DNA of 64,000 nt from Phoronis australis (Eukaryota; Animalia; Phoronida), in assembly GCA_002633005.1 (NCBI GenBank), contig NMRA01000273.1:315555-379554 (forward strand), given 5' to 3'. The notes beneath the pieces were generated by a model, which saw only the letters and a list, made by a program, of their open reading frames with translations, was not told where the DNA came from and made no database searches. Shown here in pieces: positions 52,733 through 64,000 of the stretch (positions are counted from its first letter, which is position 1; every line of letters starts with the position of its first letter). Both the position numbers and the translations under genes were made by a program.

Positions 52733-53063
52733 GTAAGTCTGACTCTTTGAGTGTTGTAGACTTGTGAGAACAGTTTATTTGTTTCTAATTGTTAAAAGAT
52801 GAAAGTAACAAAGTCCTTTTTATTATGTGCCCACATATACTTATGTAGCGGCACATTGCTGTCATTGCTGCCTGGCATCCTGTGTCTCCTGTGTCTGCAT
52901 TTGTCCGTCTGCAGGTGTATATCTTAAAACTCATGCAGCATCTTCACAAAATTTGGTTGGTGTGTTCCTCTGAACATGCTATGAATAGTCCCACTAAATA
53001 AGATTGGTCCTAACCACGCTCGTCAAGGTAAACGGTGGGGTATGGAAAATTGAACTAGACCGT

Positions 53064-54270
53064 ATTTATCCACCTTGGCTGAGTCGCGCTTGGCTCACGA
53101 TCAAGGGGATGCTGCCAAGCTGCTCTATTTATCGAGTCACGAGTGAGGATAATTGGTTTCGCTCATGCGGATATGATCAGCTGATTACAATCTACCTAGC
53201 AGACTGTACTTTTTATGGAGAGAGTTACAAGTAGTTTTTACTGTAATATTTGAAAAGAGGAGTGAAAACAAATATGAGTACAACTTTGAATTTTTCAAAT
53301 CGGCCTAGGATAAGAGATTTTGCAGCACAGCAACACTCACGATTACTTTCAATCGGCGCGCACGAATACAAAAATATAGGACCCAAGTTATTTAGATTTT
53401 GGAACACATGCATTGCAATATTCAAAATACGTTTATTATGAATCTTACAAGCTGTAAAACGACGTTGTTCAATTTCATTGTGCTCATTCATTGTCAGCCG
53501 TCAAATCGGCAATTTCCGAGATGTGATCTGCGGCGTGCGTGTATGTGTACAAAACACGTGATTGTTATGTTCCTGAAGTACGAAAATTAAGAAACTTTAG
53601 CGTGACAACAACATGTGCGTCCATCCAGAGATTTTTCTCGTGTTGTGGGGTACGATGTAGCGCAGATTTGCACTTAATCGCAATTAATCTGGACTCCGCA
53701 TGAACTTCAAAAATTGTTGAACATAAGGAAGATTTCAGGTAATTTGTTGAGTCGAAACTATATTTTTATTCAAGAGTTCAAGTTTTCCTATTGACGATCG
53801 CGATTCAGCGACGCATCAGTCGGCAAGTTTTCGCCCTGTGGTGAGCACAATTTTTTGAAAAATTATCGTAATTTAACAACGGAAGTTCATAGCAATGCAC
53901 CACAATTTTGTAGAAAGACTGTCATAGGCTAAAAATACGTCAGAGCGTAAATTTTATGAATCCTAGCTTCCGATTTTACCCGTTTGGGAAACCGGCTTTC
54001 AACTGCCGTTGGCTACAATAAGAATCCCCTCCCAGTGAAATGAATTTATCTAAGCATTTATTAGAGCCAATACAGTATATAGCTTTCCACCAAAGCTAGG
54101 TGATGCTAGGACATTATTCTTTGTTGCATTAGTAACTGGTCTTGGCTAATTATCATTTTATGGCCTGGTCATCCATTCAGCCAAAAGTAGTTCTAGAGGT
54201 GGATTATCAGCCAATTATTCACGCATGCTGACTCACAATAGAAGCCTGATAAGAGTGAAGGAGGATAAAT
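53064..54270. mobile_element. Non-autonomous TIR element (ATTTATCC termini)
   Basis: ATTTATCCACCTT ... AAGGAGGATAAAT, plus subterminal inverted GTGAGGATAATTGG / CCAATTATTCAC. Confidence 0.6.
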
Positions 54271-54651
54271 GCAGTGTTCCTACAGTTTCTTGTGCTAGTG
54301 GATGTGTTCACCACATGAACATAATGCCGGATGACCATCAAAACTTTTGGCCATATCCAACTACTGAGCTGTAACAATGCATGTGTTTGTCAATTTAATG
54401 TTTTTACATTAATTAATTGTCTCTATCTACAAGCCGACTTCTGCTGTACCTGTGGTTGTAATTACATAGTGAAATGAAATTTCTCCAAGTATGATTGAAA
54501 AAAGGTTTTTTCATAACTAGTCTCAGTGAAGGTATGTTTATAAGTAAAATCAACTTACTCAGAGACTGGAGTGTGTGACAGCGAGGGATAGAGGCTACTG
54601 TAGTGAAGCAAGGTACTATATTGTACAGACAAAATGCACGAGATCTCGTTG

Positions 54652-55079
54652 CATGCTATGAACATTCCCACTAAATAAAATTGGTTCTAACCCTGGTGTT
54701 TAAGGTAAACGGCGGGGTATGGAAAATTGAACTAGACCGTATTTATCCACCTTGGCTGAGACGCGCTCGGCTCATGCTCAAAGGGATGCCGCCAAGCTGC
54801 TCTATTCATCGAGTCAGGAGCGAGGATAATTGACTTCGCTCATGCGGATATGATCAGCTGATTACAGTCTAGCCTAACAACTGTACTTTTTATGGAGAGA
54901 ATTTTACGTAGTTTTTACTGTAATATTTGAAAAGAGGAGCGAAAACAAATATGAGTACAACTTTGAATTTTTCAAATCGGCCCAGGATAAGAGATTTTGC
55001 AACACAGCAACACTCACGATTACTTTCATTCGGCGCGCACTAATACAAAAATATAGGACCCAAGTTATTTAGATTTTGG
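54652..55079 (+). repeat. ~425-bp diverged direct duplicate of 52975-53402, ending at an N
   Basis: Collinear from CATGCTATGAA to GTTATTTAGATTTTGG, then N at 55080. Confidence 0.9.
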
Positions 55080-55080
55080 N

Positions 55081-55173
55081 TATCTAGAGCCTCGTGGATT
55101 TTGTAGAATTATCACCCTTGGGGCTGACGCCCCTCGGGCGATAATTCTCCAAAATCCACTCGGGCTCTAGATA
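55081..55173. repeat. 93-bp near-perfect palindrome (hairpin)
   Basis: TATCTAGAGCC..GTGGATTTTG.AGAATTATC.CCC..GGGGC-loop-GCCCC..GGG.GATAATTCT.CAAAATCCAC..GGCTCTAGATA. Confidence 0.85.
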
Positions 55174-58100
55174 ACGGGGGATAACGACTTCGCCATGTAA
55201 TAATCTATATTTATTACATCCGAAAATTTCAAATTTCAGTTGATCCATTCTAGTTGTTTTATTTACCGATTTATATTCTTCATTTCATGAAACAATAGTA
55301 TCCTTGGGAGGATCTGGATGGCCTTATTTAGTTTCAGATATATTTTCTATGATACTTTTTCTGATGTTTAGAATCATGCCCAACTTATTTTCCTAACCTC
55401 AAAGATATTGTTGAGGCTGTGCTGACATTTGCCCACAATATTGTACATTCGAGGAATTGCCATGTTAGATCTATGATTACACAAAACTGTGCTGTTGTTA
55501 GTCAAGACTCTCCTGAGATTTTAAAGCCACTCTCCTGACATCAGATCGAATCAGTGCCATAATTTTCCATTATTTTCTCTCCAAGTGCCTTTTGACTGGA
55601 TGCTTCATAGGCTTGAGTGGTGATTGGATGAAGATTTGTTTTGTCATTCAGTACTGTGTGTGTTGTTTAAATTAAGCCATGTTAAGGCAATTGAGCCTGC
55701 ATGCAGTGTTCTACTTCAATATTTGTTTAACGTTTTTTCCCTGAATTGGTGAACAAATTCATCTAACTAACAATGTGCTGTGGGAAGGCTGTTGTGGAAT
55801 GTATTGGAATAGTTTTGTGGAGGATGTATATATTCAAATCAGCCAGTCGCGCCACTGTTTGAATTAGGTGTGATGTCTTTTGAAGGGCTAAAGATGATTC
55901 ACATTATAATATCACAGGGAAGACATTTAATAATTTTTTAAAACATTGCCAAAAGTCGGACTTGGAATCTGTTGTGTGTAAGAATCGCGTTATATGAACT
56001 AGATTTAGTGTGCACTTAGTTGCTGCTCGTGTATCTCAGTTATTGTCACTAACCACCGCCATCTGGTGACAAATTGTATTTGCTGGTGTGTGTCCAAATT
56101 TTACTTAGATCTCGTTCAGGTACTAGCTAAATCACCGTCATTTTCACAAGCACTTTGGCTTAAGGAGCAGACTTAAACGTCAGTAATGTGAGTGAATGGT
56201 TGCAAGTCCAAAGGTGGTCTTTGCTATGCTTTACTGGCACTTTGAATTACCGTCAAAATTACTGGGTTTTTCACAAGCACTTTTGTAGCGAGGCCCGACT
56301 CGCTTCAAATGTCCCACTTGTGCATGGTGAATTCATGACAGAGTGAATGTACTTTGACATTGATTCTTGTTATGAAAGAGTGCGGGTGGCCAGAAAGCAA
56401 TAACTGCTGGTGAAAATGATTCTTTGGTGGCAGCACCCTTCTCTGGCCTGAATGCTGGCAATTGAATTAATTGCTAAGTGAAGACTTTTTTGACGTGGAA
56501 TCTTTCAAAAGCTGATATTAATTGGCAGGAATTCAAACCAGAAACGCCACAGATGAAGTTTTTGTTTTTTACACGTGGGCGTGGGCAAGTCAAGTTTCTC
56601 AACACCAAGAGCTTAAGGGAATAATAGATAATACATTCTTTATCTGACCAGATAAGCAGGCAGTTGGATTGACGTCACAAGTATTACATTCACAAGCAGT
56701 GACCTTTAAAGCCCTGTCAATTTGATTCAACAGACCAGTGAGCCTGTGCTTGTTAGATGTGCTGTTGTCATAGAAACATTTCTGCCCAACTTCTGTAGTA
56801 ACATTGATGGGGAAACTATCTGCACTTTTCTAAACGGAAAAGAATGATTTGAAGTGGGGTTTGATCGTCAGGAAGCTTTTCTTTGTGCTGTTGTGTTCAG
56901 TATGCTGTGCCACAATGGCCAGTTGATCCCTAATCGGGACTAGGCCTGTATAACATCGCAGGCAAAAACCAAGGTGTTATCTGGTGGGAAATTGTTGAGT
57001 TTGTACTGAGAAACTGCTAGTGAGAAATGATTGTGAATGGGGTGTATCAGATTTTGTGACCAAGCTGTTACCTGAGGTAATGCAGACAGGTCACTTAATC
57101 TTCTTTTAACTTGCGTAGGACCCTATCCATAAGAGTGTGCCTTCAGCCAAATGTCCACAAAACTATGAAATGTAACTCTGTAAAAGTGGACAGCCTGCTG
57201 AATCTGACTTTTGGCATTATACCATTCTGCCATTGAGTGGGTCAGATGAACCGGCCATAGGTTATTGCTTGAGATAAGGCTCTGCAAGTTGGCATTAAGT
57301 CACACCTTGTCATTTTATTCGCTGAGCACGGTCTCTAGCAGGAATGAGCTGTTTGTTCCTTGCAAGATCAAAAATCACTTCTCATGTGAGAAAGCAACAA
57401 GTTGAAACCAGTTTTATAGCTGTAAATGATCTAAAAGAAAAATTTAGTTTCTTTGACAGAACGCTGGTTTATTGCCACTTTAGTTATAGGTAAACCTCCA
57501 GTATGCATTGTAGACTAAATAATGCATTTTCTGGGAACATTTACAGCTGCATTTTGGTCTGTTTAGCTAGCTGAAAACGAAAATCAAATTGAGGGGGTTG
57601 TTAATCTCAAAATTTGTTTTATAATATTAACTTATGGTGATAGGATTCTGTTTCCCAATTTGGCCATGTGCACATTGTGGTTGTACTGTCAAAGATAATA
57701 AAATATTACATAGCTGGCAGAAACCATTCCATGGAAATAATCAGAAAATCACATTAAGTAAGAGGAAACAATACTGTTCATGCTGCAGAATTCTACCATG
57801 TCCTTTTAGGGGAACATTGAAAAGTGCAGCTATTCCGAGTAAAAAATTTTAGAGCGAAAGTGAAACTCGGCAGTATTAGGTTGGATGGCAGTGGTGCAAC
57901 ATCAAAAATAAAAATAAAGTTGTGTTTATCTTGAGAAATGTGTAGTGTGTTAGAAAAGAATCGTCACATGAGACAATAAGCTTTGACTAAGTTGATTTGC
58001 CTTAAAATTCATTAACATAATTAATAAAGGACATAAACAGTGTTCATAATGTAGTTACGTATCATTACTGAGTTGTCACAGTTTTAAATAGCTTATTTTC

Positions 58101-60419
58101 TGATCATTACTTGTTCACTGTCTTGAAGCTTAACTGCTGCCAGTGGCCTCCAGGTTGTAATTGATACCATCCAGCTTGAGTTCTATGTTTATGCATTGTG
58201 GGTCATGGTAGGATCATGGATGAAAGATTTTGTGTGCAAACAACATGATGTGGAATGAGTGCAAAACTAGTTCCCAGAAGACCTGTCTATAATTTTGTGG
58301 TTTTTTGGGTCTTTATATTTAACTTAATTTTGGATGGTCTTTTAGACCCCCAAATTGAGTTTGGTTCAGTTTGCTGACAACCTGTGCGCTAGTTGACACC
58401 CTGGGCCATTGCAATGGGATCAGTGTTTTTGATTTAAAAGGGACATCATTAGCTGCCATAAACGGAAAGCAGTGTGCATTTAAAAATAAAATTTTATGCT
58501 TTTGGGGTTATTTGTGGTTTACGGAACCTTGCAAAACAGCTGTTTGTACTAGAGCTGATAAAAGCAAATTAATACATGCTATTGAGCTGTAGTTGCATAT
58601 GATTATGCTAATAAGTCATTGTGGATGATTTTTTGCTTTGTGTATAAACTTTGTTGGAGGTTTTGATCAAAGTTTTGATTTTCATAACTACATGCTGACC
58701 CTCACGTCCACATGTAGATGAGTTTGTCTGCATACATAAGTTAATAAAGGTTTGCAAAACCTTTTTGTCAGTCTTTATTTCCTAGTAACCAACTCCCCGA
58801 ACAGAAATAAATGACACTTCAAGTAGTGACTGTAATTGGGGCACTCAAAAGTCAAGGTGCATGAGCTTCAAGACGAGCATAGGTGCTTAAAACAAAATTT
58901 TTGAGTAGTCAAGGGTGGGCGTGTATCCAAACCTTCGATTGGGTTAATGCCCAGGACGCCGTACAAAATTTAAAACCAAAAAATATTTGATTTGATGTGT
59001 TTCATGAATAAATGAAAAAATACTCCTTTTTTACCGCATTGTGTTCTGAATTGTCGAGGTTTTTTAGTAGGAACACTCTTAAGTGTTCTTCAGCTTCGCT
59101 TCTAAAATATGTAGTGATATTTATTGTGCTTATTACGTAATCAATGGAACCTTATTTTAAAACCATTAATCCCGAGTCTTGCGTTACTTTAACCCACCAA
59201 TACTGCGGAGTTAGTTTAGTGGGAAAACCCGTCCAGTACTGCAGAGTTTGTTCAGTGGGAAAACCTAACTCCCAGCATTGTAACCCTTCAAATGGGGTGG
59301 ATTACACTGCGGAGTTATGAAACCCCCCTACAATGGGAAAGTTTAGCTCCACTTGGATGGTAGTTATCACAAAAACATGTAGTTGAGAATCAACTACACC
59401 ATGTGGCGTTTAATCACTAGAACCAGCGTGGTAGTGTGGATGTCGTTACCAGAGATGAGTTAGTGAGAAATGTTAATGGGAGTTTTGATAGAGTTGTAAG
59501 AGACCGTAGTTTCGCTAATGGAAAAGTGAAGCGATCAATGTTTCCCTGAATGTGGTTTTAACCATAATAATTAGTAGTTCCTAGATGTATACCTACTGAT
59601 CCCAACCCTCCATGGCCTTGTAGTGTTATGCTGTCCAGTAACTACTTTTAACCCATTCCCTGAGGTAACTGTTACATGGCGTGTTGGCAAATATCAATGT
59701 TTTGTGATTCTGCTATTAACCAAGTTATCGAAAATCGCCATGTGCACAGTGTGGTTTAAAGTGGAGTCTTTTTCACAAGGGATTCGGGGAAGTATGGATG
59801 TGTTAATCAGTTTCAAACTAGTTATTTACACATGGTGTAGTAGGCTAGCGATGACTGTGAAATCTAGTATGGATTGACTTTTCAGCTTGGTGACCATGGT
59901 GGATTGTGCTCTTCTGTGCCACTTTGTTATAAATGTGTTCCAAGATGTTCAATTGGAATTGCATGAAAGAGCTGAGCTGAAGTCCCACATTCAAATCTAG
60001 AACAATGCAGAATGGGAGAAAATGAGAAAATGCGGAACTGAGGCAATATCAACTGATGAAAAAACTTTGAGTGGCCGGCATTAACTTTCCACGGTTAGAA
60101 ATAGTGAATTTCTCAGTTTTATAATTGTTCATAGGTTCTAAAGGGAAGGCAACCATATGTAGTCATTTTTGGTTAAGACACGATTTCCTGGTTATCCTAG
60201 ACAAATATTGAAAATAAACCAAGTTTCCTCAATTCCAAGCAATTCTTTATCATGACCATGTCATTCTGGAAGTGTCGTTCGGAGCTCATATCATTTCCTG
60301 CCATTTTTGTTTTTGTGATGGTTCATTGTGAACATCAGTGGATTGTGGACTATTTACCAAAAATTGTTGTAATTAGATGCCTTTGACAAGTATTCTCAGA
60401 CAACCAGAGATTGGACAAG

Positions 60420-60780
60420 AAACTCGAGTTGGTTTTTAAACTTCTGTTTGATCTGCAATAGATAGGAAATGGGTTGAATTGATGACCATAATTTTAGAGT
60501 CTAATGATGGAGAAATGGTAGACAGCGGAATCGTCAGGAAGGGGGCCTGTTTGAGTGCACCGAAATACGCGGAGGCTAAAAATGTATTGGTTTGGACAGC
60601 AATCAAGCTTAATGAATGTGTTGGGGAATGTAGTTGTTGTAGTGAGTATGATGAGCTAAAATACTGCTGGAAAAGACACATGTGCTGGGTTGGAGCATCA
60701 CGGACACATGCTGTGAAGCTATGCTGATGCTGGTCTTGGACTTGGTGTGGGAACTGATCACTTGCACCACTCGCTACTAC
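60420..60780 (-). mobile_element. Degraded CR1/L2-like LINE ORF2 C-terminal fragment
   Basis: Minus strand TLKLWSSIQP...KQKFKNQLE resembles the T..LWN.LP...FK..L terminus. Confidence 0.35.
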
Positions 60781-61454
60781 TTATGTTTCAAAAAGCACTT
60801 GAAGCAAGTGATGCCTGAATTGAAAAGGAATATATCCACAGTGTGACATTCTCCAGAACATGTTTTGGATATACTTTCGTGATCTGTGCATGTGCGTCCC
60901 TTTTGTGATCTGTCATGATAAGATATGCTTGCCACTCATGTGGTTTGGAAGGCAACACTGTGTTCGTTCTCGAAAAGCCAACTCAGATGGATGTTGCCAT
61001 TCACTGGAAATTGGTGAAATCGAATGTGTATACTCTTTGGGAACTCAATATGTGCAAATTTGACACCCGTGACTCAGCTTGAAGTAGAGCATAAAGGCTT
61101 TTAAAAATCTTAGTTTCTGTATCTACTTATATTTTACATCAAAGAGTAGGTCCAGATTGGTGTGAAGGTGTTCAAACATCGGAGGAGGCATCAACATCAT
61201 GTGAAATTGATCCGGAACTATTTTAATTAAGTTAACCACAAATATAGTCCATGTCCATGTATCCGTTTTTAATCGGATACAAAGGTTGGTTTTTCATGTG
61301 TAATAAATAGTGTGGCAAGCCTTGGCCTGTAGTTAGTGCTGGTCTGTGTTTGTTTTAAAGTTATCACAAAGTTTTACAATGGATTAGACAGGAACCAAAG
61401 GTATAGTGGATAGCAAATGGCTACCGAGACAGTCATTTTTTGCACTCAAGCAAG

Positions 61455-62080
61455 AGGATATCACCAAGATATTGAAGTCAAAATTACCGTCCGACAATAT
61501 CTCCAAGATATTGAAGTCAAAATACTGTCGTAAGGTGATACCACCAATGTACAGAAGTCAAAATACCCTCACTATATACCACCAAGATACTGAAGTCAAA
61601 ATACCGTTACAAGATGATACTTTCAAGATATCGAAGTCAAAATACCGTCGCAAGGTGATAAAACCATGGTACAGACATCAAAATGATACATCCAAAATAC
61701 TAAAGTCAAAATACCGTTACAAGATGATACTTTTAAGATATCGAAGTCAAAATACCGTCGCAAGGTGATAAAACCATGGTACAGACATCAAAATGATAAT
61801 CCAAAATACTAAAGTCAAAATACCGTTGCTAGATGATACTTCCAAGATACTGAAGTTAAAATACCGTCGCATGGTAATACCATCAAGGTACAGAAGTCAA
61901 AATACTGTGGCAATATGATACCACCAAGGTACAGAAGTCAAAATACCGTCGCAATATGATGCCACCTAGATACAGAAGTCAAAATACCATCGCAATATGA
62001 TACCACCAAGGTACAGAAGTCAAAATACTGTCACAATATGATACTGCCAAGATACAGAAGTCAAAATACCGTCACAATAT
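61455..62080 (+). repeat. 41-bp minisatellite array, left part
   Basis: Unit CAATATGATACCACCAAGGTACAGAAGTCAAAATACCGTCG (period 41, e.g. 61911->61952). Confidence 0.9.
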
Positions 62081-62792
62081 TCATTAATTTATTGTAATAG
62101 TTAAAATGAGGGTGGCCTCTTCAGTGACAGCAATGCTTTCCAAGAGGGCCCTCAACAAAATATGAAACAGTATTATAATAAAACCATAGTTAAATGCATG
62201 TAACAAAGATACAATTAAAACAGGTTGAGAATTTAGATAATAAATAAATGATGAAGGATGATGAAAATTTGACTGAGAGAGATGAAATAAATAGATGGTA
62301 GAAATAAGTGAAAGTATTTACAATAATGAAAAATGACATAATTAAGACAGGTAAGGTGTAAGAATGGGTACGTAAATTACAGCCACTTTTTAATATTAAG
62401 TTTGAAAATATTAATTAAATCAGACCATTTTTAATTTCTGGGCTAAGAGAGTTTCGTATTGCAGAAGCAGCATAAGTAAAAGATCTCTTGCCGGTCGCAG
62501 TTTTAATTTTTTTAAAGAAACATTACCAGCAACTGAAGAACATGTAGAATATATAGCTTGACTTTGCCGCTGGGATATGCTGGAGCCAAGCCATTGACAC
62601 ATCTGTACATGCAACAGGCAGAGATATTTATTTCTTTGTTTTACTTTCATGAAGTCAAGCTTGGCGTACAAGCCGTGGACCCAGGTGTACCTATTTCTAG
62701 TTTCCAGGATAGCCCTGTCGGGTCTATTTTGGGTTACTTGGACTTTGCTAACAAGTATGTCGCTAGAATGTCCCCAAACTGGTTAACAGTAA
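62081..62792 (-). mobile_element. 5'-truncated CR1/L2-group LINE inserted into the minisatellite
   Basis: Minus strand PVWGHSS..VSKVQVTQNR..RAIL, CMYRCVNGLAPAY, IRNSLSPEIK..IFKLNIKKWL; 3' GAGGG..CCTC stem-loop and AATAAA next to 62085. Confidence 0.8.
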
Positions 62793-63165
62793 TCAATGTG
62801 ATACCACCATGATACAGAGGTCAAAATACCATCGCAGTATGATACCACCAAAGTACAGAAGTAAAAAAACTGTCAATATGATATCACCGAGATGCTGAAG
62901 TCAAAATATCGCAATATGATACTTCCAAGGTACAGACGTCAAAGTATTGTCGCAATATGATACCACCGAGATACTGAAGTCAAAATGCTGTCCCAATATG
63001 ATACCAAGATACAAAAGTCAAAATACTGTTGCAATATGATACCACCAAGGTACAGAAGTCAAAATATCCTTGCAAGATGATACCACCAAGGCACAGAAGT
63101 CAAAATACTGTCGCAATGTGATACCACCAAGATAATGAAGTCAAAATGCTTGTCCTAAGATGATG
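62793..63165 (+). repeat. 41-bp minisatellite array, right part
   Basis: The same unit resumes (CAATGTGATACCACC...) after the LINE insertion. Confidence 0.9.
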
Positions 63166-64000
63166 CCTGGTCAAGATAGGGGAAAATATCAATTCCAGCC
63201 TAAAATTATTACCAAAATCAATTTCCTCTTTTTTCATTTTTCTTACAAAGTTCTGAATGCCCACGTTTTATTAAAATATTTGTTTGGTAGTAGCTGATGG
63301 TATTGAACTTTAAAGAAATAGTGCATTTGTTTGGTGCTATTTGTCTTTCAAGAAAAATAAATAGATGAAAGTGATGTACTGTTGAATGCTTGCAAATGTA
63401 ACGTAACACACTTATTTTCAAATCTATCGGAAGTAGTTATTTTTGACTGAATCAGTAATGTAAAATCTCGACAATTTAGGACATATTGTTTGTTGTTATG
63501 AATGTATTTTGTAGTGTAGTGTAGAAAATAACGTCCATCCCTCGACCTGGTACTATGATAGGGATTTCTTGAAATTTATTTCTTGTGTCGCTTTTCCGTC
63601 CTTCTCAACAGAGAGCCTAATTGTGATAGAGCTTGCAATCCACCTTGGTTGGTAGTTTATCTAGTTCATCACGAATTGGTTGTGAGCAGGTTTTTTGCCA
63701 GCGCTGTGTGACAATTTGGCTGGCTTCCAACTTGGTAAGATGCCATGTGCAGTACTGGGCTTGAGGATAAGTTTTGTGCAATACAGCACAAGAGGATAGT
63801 TTTGTAAATTATAGGTTAGTGCTGGGTACAGTTGCCTTTTTGAACTCATGGCCTTAACTTGCCTACTGATTGTTTTGAGGATAAAATTCACTGTTTTACA
63901 GGCTAATGGGTACAGGCTATGTTTGGCTTTGCTTGGGTTGTTAGTGACCTTGTTGGTTTACATTTGAGTGAAGAATGACTGAAATTTATTTGTAAATGGG

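Noticed and set aside
55200-61400. Further Ig/FN3 exons of the receptor gene
   Set aside because: No ORF with Ig or FN3 signatures flanked by splice sites was seen; very short exons cannot be excluded.
61406-61768. 120-aa ORF
   Set aside because: Chance translation of the minisatellite.
61455-63165. CRISPR-like array
   Set aside because: Units are contiguous 41-bp tandem repeats with no unique spacers; the context is eukaryotic and there are no cas genes.

Overview
AT-rich, intron-containing metazoan (probably invertebrate) genomic DNA, dominated by transposable-element (TE) remnants. Two host genes can be supported. One is a complete 7-exon SAC3/GANP-domain gene (SAC3D1-like, minus strand, 13072->8019, 346 aa, all introns GT-AG and in phase). 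The other is the 5' end of an Ig-superfamily receptor (protogenin/neogenin/DCC-like, plus strand): a signal-peptide exon at 28073-28151 joined across a ~24 kb intron to an Ig exon at 52427-52732. Structure not visible in the ORF track includes four main items. (i) A decayed, intronless gene (minus, ~20020->17777) encoding an Arg/Ser-rich region, Zn-finger-like motifs and a TatD-type nuclease domain whose motifs lie in the expected order; removing an inserted MITE restores the local frame. (ii) A P-element/THAP9-type transposase that lacks its C-terminal domain and faces a separate spliced gene encoding a C2H2 finger plus that domain (an apparently split transposase). (iii) An internally deleted Kolobok-like element whose two convergent genes share an inverted 20-bp upstream motif. 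(iv) Helentron/HINE-like elements carrying ~148-bp-spaced CTCF-like motifs in ~443-bp higher-order repeats. Also present are piggyBac, Harbinger-like, RTE, L1-like and CR1/L2 remnants, a foldback element and a 41-bp minisatellite. All calls come from manual reading and translation; no database searches were run.
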